In this document: positions 13,454-25,374 of the stretch, one piece after another | Layout: each line of letters starts with the position of its first letter | How positions within the stretch are numbered: position 1 is the first letter of the stretch | Assembly (NCBI GenBank): GCA_950097015.1 | Contig: CATNEN010000031.1 | Location: 620,001-684,000 of the forward strand | DNA from: Macrostomum hystrix | Taxonomy: Eukaryota > Animalia > Platyhelminthes | DNA length: 64,000 nucleotides | Direction: 5' to 3' | Made by a program: the position numbers and the translations under genes | Notes under the pieces: generated by a model | Told to the model about the DNA's origin: nothing | The model's database searches: none | The model's input: the letters and a program-made list of their open reading frames with translations, nothing else

Positions 13454-14764
13454 GCTGAGCAACTAGAAACACAGGAGATTGAAGGCGGCCTAGGCCAAGA
13501 GGCTGTTTTAATCAGCGCGCCAGAAGAAATGAAACAGGAACCAACCGAGCCAACTGGACCAATTGTCATGTCGCTGATGGAGACTGGTTTGTCCCGAGAC
13601 CTTCTACTGTCCGCCTCTCGCATGCACGCCTGTTCAACCTGCAACCTTCGCTTCAGCACGGCCTCGGCTCTCAAATGTCACGAAAAAGTGCACATAGAAA
13701 AGGAGACCATCGTATGCGTCTTCTGCGGCCAGATTTTTAACGCCATGTCGCAGCTCAACCTGCACATGCTCAACGATCACCGCGACGTTAATTCCAATGA
13801 CGAGTTTAGCAATCAGCATCACTGCAGCGAATGCGATCGATTCTTTTCCACTGCCCGAAACCTGCGACAGCACCAGAAACTCCGACACCTCAAGGAGGGC
13901 CTCATTGAATGCGATGTAACCGGCTGCGGAAGCAGGTCAGATGTGACGCTCGGTCATTCCAAAATTGCTAGCAAAGACCATAAATGTCCGCTGCATTAAC
14001 TCCCGACTTTTTGTACTTTCCCAACCAACCGTCTTCAATTCAGGTTCAATAGCAGCTCCTTCCACCATCAATTCAGTTTCAATAGCAGCTCCTTCCACCA
14101 TCAACTGAGGTTCAACAGCAGCTCCTTCCACCATCAATTTAGGTTCAATAGCAACTCCTTCCACCTTCAATGCAGGTTAAATAGCAGCTCTTTCCTCCAT
14201 CAATTCAGGTTCAACATCAATTCCTTCCACCCCCAATTCAGGTTCAACAGCAACTCTTGCCTACGCAAGCACATCCAGCGGGTGCACCTTAAGCTACGGC
14301 CACACGCGTGCCCAGTGTGTGCGAAACGTTTCAGCGACGCGAATACCCTCTCAGGCCACATGCGGGTACACAGCGGCGAGAGGCCGCACGAGTGTCCCAT
14401 TTGTAACAAGCGATTCTCTGAGTCCACCACTTTGAAGAAGCACAAGCTCACACACACTGGCGAGAAGCCTTACCAGTGCGTTGTGTGCCAGAAGCGATTC
14501 GGTCAGATCGGCCACCTTCAGACGCATAAGAAGATTCACACGGACACCAAGGACTATCAATGCGATCAATGTGATCAGCGCTTCCGCACTGGATCAGCTA
14601 TGCGGATGCATGCTCTGCGAGCGCACTCATCCGAGCGGCCTTTCCGCTGCGACTTCTGCGACAAAGGCTTCGTGACCGCCTGCAAGCTGCGCGAGCACCG
14701 GCAGCGCCATATTGCCAGGCTAGGCGCCTCTGCAGCCGGGCCAGGCTCCAGCTCGGCCTCTTAA
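13454..14764 (+). CDS. C2H2 zinc-finger protein, 9 fingers, 5'-partial; exons 13454-13935 and 14242-14764 (or an upstream acceptor in the 33-bp array)
   Basis: Fingers such as CPICNKRFSESTTLKKHKLTH with TGEKPY/SGERPH linkers. Finger 4 (CDVTGCGS|RFNSNSCLRKHIQRVH) is split by a phase-2 intron with GT at 13936. The frame is open back to the acceptor ATTCACAG at 13453; first in-frame ATG is 13529. Confidence 0.9.
14035..14255 (+). repeat. 33-bp tandem array duplicating the intron/exon junction of the zinc-finger gene
   Basis: Unit TCAATTCAG|GTTCAATAGCAGCTCCTTCCACCA, with AG ending at 14043, 14076, 14109, 14142, 14175, 14208 and 14241. Confidence 0.92.
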
Positions 14765-15679
14765 ACTAATTAGATTCCCAGAAGGCCTCTGCTTTTTATA
14801 AAATACGCTTTGGGTTCACTATTTCCTTGTTTCCTGATACTGTTTAGCCTATTTTATATCACAATACTTTTTTCGGATCGTGTTGATTATCTGGTATATG
14901 CTCACTATTTATGTTTTTGAGACATTCAGTAGCGCAAATTTATTCTTGCGTTTGCGTAATCGCATGCCTCGGACTGTACTAACATCTTCCTCTGTTTACT
15001 TGCTTTCTTCGATGTTTAAGTCGGTACCAACTCACTCCCTGTCGTGACTGACCCATCGCTTAGACTCCCTTCTAAAGTGTGCTTGCTTTCTGTCTAAAGT
15101 TTAATATGCCAATACATTAGGCACTCTTTGAGCACAACTGTGATCTGGTGCTTACAATAATAAGTTGTGAGTGTATCTCAGTTACTAATGTCTATTGCTA
15201 ACAGTGTGTAATTGAAAAGTACCCAATCTAACACCCCTCAGCTTGTTATTATATCGCACGCCATTCCATTTCGGGATAGTTGTTGCAATGCGTCTCTTGA
15301 ACGCGTGTAGCTGTATATCGTACTGCTCAGAACTCAGTTTTATAGACCCTGAAATACTTGCTAATATTTATTTAGCGGTGTCACTAAAAATTCCTAAATT
15401 ATCATGTTTCACTTTGCCTAGTTCTTACTCTGCACTGCTGCACTCAATTAGCGGTTTTAAATCGGTTTCTTCCTGTCCAATAAGAGAGCACTTTCCCACA
15501 TGCTTAATTAGCTGCGACTATCGTTCTTGAGACCGTCTGCAGTTGCATAACCCCTATTTATTTAACAAATAATTGTCGTCTTTGTTCTTTATTTTCTCAC
15601 ATGCAGGATGTCTAAATAGGCTCTTACGAGCGTAAAGCTCTAAAAGTCGCAACTTATATATAATTTTTGGCAGAGCCTT

Positions 15680-16330
15680 TTCCCACGGTCCCGTGCCGAT
15701 AATTTCAATTTTATCCACACGGATCCGTGCCGATAATTTTCTGCTTATCCACACGGCAGCTTGTATGAATAGGTCTACAACTCTTTATAAATGCCGTGCC
15801 GTTAATTTCAATTTTATCCACACGCTTTGTTTTTTGAAACAAAGCCCTTTCGGGTTTGAACGTTTTGTTGAACCCTCGAGCCAATAGATCGACAAAGTTG
15901 CCAGTGTGTTACGACTGTGTTCTACATTTCGACCTACACATTCATTAACCAACATTAATGTCATCCTTTTTAATTATTGTACTAACAACTTACTAAATCT
16001 TTTGTCATTGTTACGTGTTTTCATTCGAATTGTATTGACTTAAAAAGTAAGAAGTCTATCAAAGAAAATCATACGAGTCAACCAGCAGAATTCTAGTCAG
16101 CACCAAACTCGTCACACATATTATCACAAATCACTGTTATTATTTTACACTATGCATTAATAGTGTACACTATATACTATACTCTGAAGCAAAGGCCTTA
16201 TGCTCAGAGAAGAATAGGTAGGGACTTAAGAGTAGACCTATTCATACAAGCTGCCGTGTGGATAAGCAGAAAATTATCGGCACGGATCCGTGTGGATAAA
16301 ATTAAAATTATCGGCACGGGACCGTGGGAA
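15680..16330. mobile_element. Foldback/MITE with ~100-bp terminal inverted repeats
   Basis: 15680-~15780 (TTCCCACGGTCCCGTGCCGATAATTT...ATAGGTCTA) is the near-exact reverse complement of ~16233-16330. Internal subrepeats CGTGCCGATAATTT/TTATCCACAC. No clear TSD. Confidence 0.8.
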
Positions 16331-16500
16331 TAAGCACTTCCATAATTTTTTATTACTTGCCGTATTGAAGTTGTACAGTTTTATAAAGACTTATTAAGTA
16401 CTTTTGTAAAACCGAGTGCCCCGTTTTAAGTTTCAAGTGAGCCTGAATGTTATATACTTAGCCCTCTCTGTACGGCTTTTCAGCTCGCAGCTCAGTTAAG

Positions 16501-17960
16501 ATGCCGCTCGCCAAGGACCTCCTCCACCCGTCGCTTACCCAGGAGAAGCGCAAGCACAAGAAGAAGCGTTTAGTTCAGTCGCCCAACTCCTGCTTCATGG
16601 ACGTCAAGTGTCCAGGTGGGTTTAGCTTCGCAATTCAATGGGATAATTTCTCTAGATAGCTTCTGCTGCAGTGGCCATGCACTAGAACTTTTCATTCACC
16701 TGCATTCTCTGATTGAGTTGATAATTCACCTGCATTCTCTGATTGAGTTGGCCATTCACCTGCATTCTCTGATTGAGTTGGCCATTCACCTGCATTCTCT
16801 GATTGAGTTGGCCATTCACCTGCATTCTCTGATTGAGTTGGTCATTCACCTACATTCTCTGATTCAGTTGGCCATTCACCTGCATTCTCTGATTGAGTTG
16901 GTCATTCACCTACATTCTCTGATTCAGTTGGCCCTTCACCTGCATTCTCTGATTGAGTTCGCCATTCACCTACATTCTCTGATTGAGTTGGCCATTCACC
17001 TGCATTCTCTGATTGAGTTGGTCATTCACCTGCATTCTCTGATTGAGTTGGTCATTCACCTGCATTCTCTGATTGAGTTGGCCATTCACCTACATTCTCT
17101 GATTGAGTTGGCCCTTCACCTGCATTCTCTGATTGAGTTGGCCCTTCACCTACATTCTCTGATTGAGTTGGCCCTTCACCTACATTCTCTGATTGAGTTG
17201 GCCCTTCACCTGCATTCTCTGATTGAGTTGGCCATTCACCTGCATTCTCTGATTGAGTTGAAAATTCACCTGCATTCTCTGATTGAGTTGGTCATTCACC
17301 TGCATTCTCTGATTGAGTTGGCCATTCACCTACATTCTCTGATTGAGTTGGTCATTCACCTGCATTCTCTGATTGAGTTGGCCATTCACCTGCATTCTCT
17401 GATTGAGTTGGTCATTCACCTGCATTCTCTGATTGAGTTGGTCATTCACCTGCATTCTCTGATTGAGTTGGCCATTCACCTACATTCTCTGATTCAGTTG
17501 GCCATTCACCTGCATTCTCTGATTGAGTTGGCCATTCACCTGCATTCTCTGATTGAGTTGGCCATTCACCTACATTCTCTGATTGAGTTGGCCATTCACC
17601 TACATTCTCTGATTGAGTTGGCCATTCACCTACATTCTCTGATTGAGTTGGCCATTCACCTACATTCTCTGATTGAGTTGGCCCTTCACCTAATTTTTTT
17701 GAGTCGGCAATGGACATTTCACCTAGACTATAATTGGGCATCTAATTAACTAAATCATTTGGTTAGGCATCTATTTAACTAGATTCTGGGGCTAATCATT
17801 GAATCCGTGTTTGACCGCAGGCTGCTTGAAAATCACGACGGTGTTCTCGCACGCTCAAACAGTGGTTGTCTGCGCCGGCTGCAGCACCGTGCTCTGCCAG
17901 CCGACCGGAGGCAAAGCCCGTCTAACGGAGGGTTGTTCCTTCCGCAATAAGACCTATTAA
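16501..17960 (+). CDS. RPS27: 40S ribosomal protein S27 (eS27), 84 aa; exons 16501-16615 and 17821-17960
   Basis: [10 protein letters not shown]...[22 protein letters not shown]|[45 protein letters not shown]. Phase-1 GT-AG intron; 255 nt total; four zinc Cys retained. Confidence 0.96.
16693..17692. repeat. 30-bp minisatellite (~33 copies) in the RPS27 intron
   Basis: Unit GATTGAGTTGG(C/T)CATTCACCT(G/A)CATTCTCT. Confidence 0.97.
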
Positions 17961-19229
17961 GATTGACAGACAAGTTAGGCGGACTCGAATGGAGTCTCTC
18001 TTGAGCGCATTGACTGATGTTAATTGGCAGCGGTTGTTTGCTGACAGAATGGAATGTTGTTAGTAAAGTGATTAACAAAAATATACGCGCCTTCCAGCGC
18101 AGAAATGCTACCATCAATCTGGATCAAAACATTTGCGACCGTCTCTCTGTTGGTTTTTCTTATTTGTCTTTATCTGCATTGAATGATCATTGCTTGTCAT
18201 CATTCAGTGCAGATAAAGACATTGTAAATCTTATTTTGCCTGATATTTGCTTGTTTGCTTTGAAGTCTTCAGTTTGTTCTTGAGGCGAACTTTATGTCGA
18301 GCCTAATTAACATTTGCACAGAGTAATAGTGAACTACGTACTTTACTAGGCAATAAAGAGGTTAACAGCTTATCATATCAAGTATTTCTATATAAGAATT
18401 ATCATTGCTACTTAAAGTACTCAGTCGCACATCATTCCGATCTTGCAGGCTTCTATATAATCAGGTTGGCAGTCCAGGGCGCATTCGCTGTGATCGGAGG
18501 CTCATTAGCACGCTTTATTCATTAAATTTATTTACTTTGCTCGTGACTGTATAGAACGAATCTGAATTTGATTGATTATCCGGTAGGAGTGTCCTAGGAT
18601 CGAGTCATCAGATGTCATTTTGCTGAAGTTTCAGACGAGTATACACTCGTATTGCTTCTATTCATATACGCTCGTATTTCTAAGCTATCGCGCAATTAGC
18701 CCCATGGATGGTGCAAAATTCTACTGATCAATTTGGTGCTTTTCAAGTGTGAGACTTAAATTTTAAATTTTAATTCAAACGCACGGAGCCTTCTGGTTTA
18801 CAGCTCGCAACTCGCTACAGTGATGCTTAATTCGCGAGTTTTTATATATATCATACGGTTTGATTATTAAACTGTAAGTGCGTTATTATGTACCGCTGTA
18901 CAGTTTCCACATGCACAGAGCGTCTCATTAGTTTAAGAGTTTAGCCGTCTTAAGGCTAATGCTTGCATGTACAAATATTTATATATTTGAGGAAGTAATA
19001 AGGTATTTAATTGTGCTCAGCTATAAGCTCAGGGAGGTTATTTGATTGAGAAAATTGCAAATATATAAAAGTAGCGCACACAGTGGCGTCAAGCAGTTTG
19101 CACAAAACTTAATAATAAACCCTGACTATAGCAGACATAACTTAAATGGGATAAACAGCGAACCCTCCATAGCGGAGGATCAGCTTCCTCCATAGCAGTG
19201 TATCGGGCGATTTCTCGCCACTCGCAACC

Positions 19230-22200
19230 TTAAAGACACTTGTGCACGATCGTCTCAGTCTGGCAGGTCTGGCAGCGGACTTCGCAGCACCAGTGAAATT
19301 TGCAGTGGCACTTGTGCTGCAGAACCACCTTCTCCGAGATATGGCCCCGGCTGCAGCACATGCTGCCGCAGGACTGACTACCGGAGCTCTCCAGGCGGCA
19401 CTCGCGCCCTTCGGTACCTAAGGACCCACGGCGAACCTGCGGTGTTCGGCGGTTGTCGAAGCTGGGAATTCTACTGTACGACTGTTTGTAATTCGAGAAT
19501 TATCTTTGCTTCTCACAGCTGTCAACGACCACGGGCCAGAAAGGCACTCACATTGCGGCTGCAATAAGACGGGCTGCTCTGCCAGAACACGAGGTCCGTT
19601 GGTCGCACGGGTCGGTGGTCCCGCCTGTGCAGCAGCCGTCCAGCCCGCCAGCGTCGCGCAGCTTTCACGGCCGAATCGTAACGCCGGCGTAGACTGTCAG
19701 CAACTTCTAGCATGCTGGGCACGACACGCCAGCAGGAGCGTAGAGAGCAGGATCCACTGATGCCATGGCAGCGACACACCGTTTTCACGCCAGAATGGAT
19801 CGCCTATATCCAATTAGATTTCCCATCCGATTTTATTCAGGGCGCATTAAAGTTTAGCTTTGGATCAGCATTTATTGGCCTCATGCCCTGGCTTAAATTA
19901 AGTATCAAAGCATGGCTCGAGTGTCGCAGTGGTAATGCGTCTACTCCCGCACCAAAGGCCTAAGTTCGAATCGGCGGCTTTGCCACTTTGGGGCACATCC
20001 ACGTAGAGAGGGCCTGGGGGCTTGTGTTGTTACGCCCATGAGTCCCAAACCCCAGGGCACAGTGCGTACACCGCTTTACAATTAAAAGATTGTGGCAGAT
20101 GCAAACACCTGTGTAAACGTGAGATTTTGTGTGCTCAGGGGTCAGCGAAAAAAGCAGAATTGACTCAACGCTGGCTGCGGATCGAATGTTGCCAAATATC
20201 CGTCAGCGACCACAGCCGTCTGCAACTACTCGCATCGTTTCTAGATTGTAAACGTCAATATGCAAAGCTATGTTCGATTGCATGTCTTAATGCGCTTTTA
20301 AATGTAGCTAAACCAGCAAGCCAAATGTAAGCCAGTTCCACCTACCAGTCTGCCAGCGCCATTGTTGTGCAATAGGCTGAGCATTCGGAGCTTCTTCCTG
20401 CGGCGACGTTTCCTCTCTCGGCGCGTCACGTTGGCCTCGCGGAGGCGCACCGACGTGCCCAGCGCCGTGGCATCCATGAATTGTGCAGCCAGGCGGTCTC
20501 CGTCCAGTACATTGTCACTGCATCCAGACCAGTGGTACACCTTGTCCGGCGCCTCCTCCGTTGGGGGCAGTAGGTGCGGATCGCTTGGCCGCGGCGGCTC
20601 AGCTATGTTCCTGGCGCAGCTGCACGCAGTCATGTTGCCTAATGTTATTTAGAGTTCCATGTTAAGATTTCTGCTTCCATTTTTCTTGTATTATTCACAT
20701 TAACACTGACACTAGCGCCAATGCCAAGTCATGAAAGTGAGTTATATAAGGCACAGACTGACTCACCCAGACTGCAGGCCTTAGCAATGGAATGCATGAC
20801 CCCAGCAGAAGTGATGGCCTGCACAAAGGCGGTCTCCCTTGTGGATCGGCGCAGACCGTAGCGAATGGTGTCGCCTCTCTGTGTACAGTTCCAGCGGGCA
20901 TCGCTGAACTTCTCGGCGCATAGTAGCAGCGATTCGTGAACGGCCAGGCGAATGTGCGGCATCAGGCCTAGTTGCTTGCGGCAGAAGCTCCGCTGCAGCG
21001 GGTGCAGGTCACGGCAGGCGGCCTCCTGCGACTGCGAATCCGCGAGGTCTGCCGTGTCCCCAAGAAACTGAGTTGAAAAGCTGGAGAATAGCGAGGGTGG
21101 ATGGTTTAACTATGGGCACTGGGTGCTAGTGTTGGTAGGCACTGGGTGCTAGTGTTGGTAGGCACTGGGTGCTAGTGTTGGTGGGCACTGGGTGCTAGTG
21201 TTGGTGGGCACTGGGTGCTAGTGTTGGTGGGCACTGGGTGCTAGTGTTGGTCGGCACTGGGTGCTAGTGTTGGTGGGCACTGGGTGCTAGTGTTGGTCGG
21301 CACTGGGTGCTAGTGTTGGTAGGCACTGGGTGCTAGTGTTGGTAGGCACTGGGTGCTAGTGTTGGTAGGCACTGGGTGCTAGTGTTGGTAGGCACTGGGT
21401 GCTACAGTGTTGGTAGGCACTGGGTGCTAGTGTTGGTAGGCACTGGGTGCTAGTGTTGGTAGGCTCTGGGTGCTAGTGTTGGTAGGCACTGGGTGCTAGT
21501 GTTGGTGGGCACTGGGTGCTAGTGTTGGTGGGCACTGGGTGCTAGTGTTGGTGGGCACTGGGTGCTAGTGTTGGTGGGCACTGGGTGCTAGTGTTGGTGG
21601 GCACTGGGTGCTAGTGTTGGTCGGCACTGGGTGCTAGTGTTGGTGGGCACTGGGTGCTAGTGTTGGTCGGCACTGGGTGCTAGTGTTGGTAGGCACTGGG
21701 TGCTAGTGTTGGTGGGCACTGGGTGCTAGTGTTGGTGGGCACTGGGTGCTAGTGTTGGTGGGCACTGGGTGCTAGTGTTGGTGGGCACTGGGTGCTAGTG
21801 TTGGTGGGCACTGGGTGCTAGTGTTGGTCGGCACTGGATGCTAGTTGCAACTGCAAGTCGACAGTAAAGAATTAGTGATATTTAGGTAGCTTCATTTGGC
21901 ATATTGCTGATACCAAAAGCTATTTTATCATTCAAACTTAAATTTAAAATTCAAATTTTGCATTCATTCAAATTTCGTTGAGCATTACACCCAGGCATAA
22001 AAATAATGAGCGTAAAAACATAAAAAAGACCAGAGGCTTTAACTGCTCATTTCTTTGTTTCTGTGACCGCACAGGCAGACTCGAAGATGTCCGCTAGTTT
22101 TGTCGAAGCGAAATGGCGCCATCGGAGTGCGAACAGCGACCCGCTTGGCGAAGGCCACAAAGCCTACGGGGTGGTCCTGACCGCCCAGGAACTGGGAATA

Positions 22201-23025
22201 AGGCAGCAGTTCGCTTCAACTCTGTAGGTCTGCCCGCACAATTAATTAGCGAGCCAAGCACGCGGAGTCACCGGTGAGAGGGCTAATCATATGCAGGGTC
22301 ACTCTTCGCCAGTCAGTGTCAACACAACGCGAGCGGCCGCAATACTGACTTTCTCTATTCCACGGTCCCCAGCTTCGTAACTTTCTTTATTATTAGCCCA
22401 GCACGGCCCAGATGAAAGGAGAGCCGTTGCCGTTGGCGTGAGGGAAAACTTCTCTTCAAAGCTGGTTGCCAATGCTGCCGCAATGCTCAATCTCTATCTA
22501 GTCCAGTATGGGCAGAAGTATCATGAGGCGAAATAAATAGCAAAAATCTTTCATAAACAGAAACGAAACTGGGATTGAAAATACAAAACAGAAAAGCTAA
22601 AACACAGCAGCCAAAACAGAGAAATTTCGGTTCGTGTGGTTTTGAATAGTGTTTATAATTTGCATAATTATTTGATTAGCTCAATTATTTCATTTACCAA
22701 CCTTGAAACTGACTATTTTTAACATAAACTTCACTCAGGTACGACTAAATGGGGTTGGTCTGTGTTAAAAGGTAGACTTTTGAGTGATCGGTTTCATCTG
22801 GGCATGACATTTGCTCGTTTCGACAGAGCACTGAAAACGCGACTTAATTATTTATGGCACGAGTTAAAACTTTGATAAATTAAGCAAAAAAGTAGGTCGG
22901 AATTCTGCAAGATCGGCTCGTGAAAGAGCAGCTCACCCAAATCCGCTGCAAGGGTTTGTCAGCTGAAGCAGCAGCAGTAATAGCGCCAGGTGCAGTGGCG
23001 GCAATGGTGGAAGCTGTGGCATCAT
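19230..23025 (-). CDS. wnt: Wnt ligand (Wnt11/Wnt4-like), ~384 aa; exons 23025-22937, 21080-20767, 20638-20346, 19803-19552, 19436-19230
   Basis: Signal peptide (LHLALLLLLLQLTNPCSG) and Wnt motifs RWNC, TRETAFVQAITSAG, WSGCSDN, LHNNGAGR, CRCHGISGSCSLRSCW, SPSYC, CHCKFHWCCEVRCQTC. All intron phases are consistent (1155 nt). An in-frame upstream ATG at 23172 is possible. Subfamily assigned by eye only. Confidence 0.93.
21114..21845. repeat. 23-bp minisatellite (~32 copies) in Wnt intron 1
   Basis: Unit GGCACTGGGTGCTAGTGTTGGT(A/G/C), with one 2-bp insertion near 21404. Confidence 0.97.
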
Positions 23026-25374
23026 CGGTGGATGCAGCGGTGAATTCCTCTGACCATGTCGCAGCGCATCAAGGCTGCGGGCTCGCTGTGAGCCCATGCT
23101 GCCCATGGGCAATCGGCACAGCAGCCGCTTCTCTGTGGATGCCGCAGCGGAACGCAGGCAAAGCAGAGTCAAGCGGCAGCTCTGCTTGCGGGGTGAAAAA
23201 CGATGGAGAGGCTGGTGAAATACGGAGCCGGGCGGGATGACGGATGGCGCCTTGCTAAGTGGATCAGAAAGTCGTGGCCGATTTTCGCACCTCCCACCCG
23301 CTTAGACTTACTGAGAGGTGGCAGAGCTCTTGGAATGAAGCAGATCGAGCGGAAATCTATTTCAAAGCGCTTATTCATCCATCTGCGACGCCTTCACTTA
23401 CAATGCCTTCACATTCCTCATCTCCGCCAATCCCCCGCCGCGCGGCCATTGGCTCAACACAGGCTGTCATTCGTCACGCTGAAAAGCGCGAGAATGGCGA
23501 CACTTTGTTTCCCAATCTGTGCCGGCGGCTGAACATGATTGATTAGCGCAGAGCCAAGCTGTGGGAATGCTGAGTGCCGCTGTGCAAGTAAAGGCGGTGG
23601 ATGACACAAGTTCGCTCGTAAAACTGCGCATTTGCGTTGTTGTTGGAATCAGTTATTTAGCGAAAATTCCGGCATGTCACCTGTGCTGTTCACAGGTTGC
23701 AAAAATCTATGAGAAAAATTGTCACGTGTGAGTTTATCGTGATTAGCAGATTCCAAGTACGAGTACCAAGGACAAGTTTGGGAATCTAAAATTTGTCCAA
23801 AATAATTAAATGGTCATGTCTCAAATTCACATCACTTATTGTTTCATTAAAAATATCCTACATTGGTTGATACTTTAGCAGTAGAAAGAGCACGCTATTT
23901 TCACCCTGCATGTGGAAAGACCATTTCCACATGGGATATTTCTAGGATATTTCAAATACTCCATCAGCATTGTTGAGATATTTAGCGATTGTAGTCGAAG
24001 ACCCTTGTGACAAGGACAGCTAACGTTACTCTATATGAACCACTTGGGTGAATCCCTATTGGTTCAATAATCTTAGTCCATTTGTCGTAGAGACCTTTGT
24101 TCTCAGCATCCCAGACACCAGGTTTCCCTTCATCGCCGTCTGGAGTATCAGCGGCGACTGTAGGGACCTTCAAAAAAGGTCACGTCTTTGAGATGCCGAT
24201 CGGGTGCAGTTTTTTGAAGGGACAGATGGTCGCCGCCGATGCTCCAGACCGGTGGTTCGCGATTGCGTCTACCCAGTGGCGCTTGTGCAATCGCGAGCTG
24301 CACTGCGGACCCGCGATGCTGGCTGTGTTATCCCAGTCCCTGAAGAAAACATTTGACCAGAAGTTCGATCAGGTGATCGGCCGCTCAAGTGAGCTCAGCA
24401 AACGAGTGGACTGCAATCTTAGGCAGTGAACTTTTCTTCCTTCAGTTCGCTGTATTGTCCCTACGGTGCCTTGTCTCGCTAAACATTTCACCTCGCGTAC
24501 AATTAATTAGCAGGTGCAGTCGAGCATACCCGGCTAATCGCAAGCCCAGACGCTCTCAAAACTTCAGGCGTGACTGACCTGGCGCGGAATGCTATCCGTG
24601 GCGGTTAATGTTGCTGGGCTGGGTGGGCATCCCACACAGGGCGCATTCGTAGGCTAAAATTCGAAAACCCAGTTGCTGTGGGAATTCGCTGTCGGAATTA
24701 TGCTGCAAAATTCCAAGCTTTCCGAAAATACTTTCATGGTAGTGTCCGGTTGCAAAAGTCATCGCTCAGCCAGATTCCCCAGATCGCATCGGAAGTGGAA
24801 TAGAAAACTTGTACCATAAGCAGATAGAATTTCATTAGCCAGCGAAGTAACAAATCTTGCAAAAGCCCGGTAAATTTAAGCTTTACATCAGGCCGAATCT
24901 CCCAGTCTTTCACTAAGCCCTGCGGCTGAAGCTCCCGACGTCTTCTGGCAGACAGTTGAAGAAACAGCGACTAAAACTGGCTACTCCACCACCAGGTGAC
25001 TTTTGATTGACAAATCATCTTCTGCCTCGGGCAGGTCTGATCGAACAGAAATACACTGCAGCTAATGTGCAGTTTCACCTCGAGCCATGCGCAAAGGCTT
25101 CCTCCAAGACAGCGGAACACCACAGATACCGATTGCTGCTGCTGGACTAGCATTCAATCAGGTGAGCGCACATGATAAAATAGTAAATAGAAGTAAAACG
25201 GGCAGGTGGTGTACGGCTTGCATTTTTAGTTCAGCCATTTGTATCCGCCATCATCCTGCATCACTACAGTCTACGCTAGCCATCAAATGGTTAGAAGGCT
25301 TTGTTAAGGGCGGTACGCTTTCTAAATAACAAAGGTGCGATGTTTTCCAATTCTAAGAATTCAGCAGCTCACAT

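Noticed and set aside
15700-16310. Repeated TTATCCACA (bacterial DnaA-box) motifs
   Set aside because: They are subrepeats of a foldback element's TIRs in animal DNA; coincidental.
16616-17749. 377-aa '[10 protein letters not shown]' repeat ORF
   Set aside because: It starts at the GT donor of the RPS27 intron and is a by-product of a stop-free 30-bp unit. Read-through from exon 1 uses another frame and stops at once.
23982-24380. TGA recoding (Trp/Sec) in the minus-strand frame
   Set aside because: All reconstructed genes use the standard code, with TGA as a stop in several. No SECIS or homology support; simple decay explains it.
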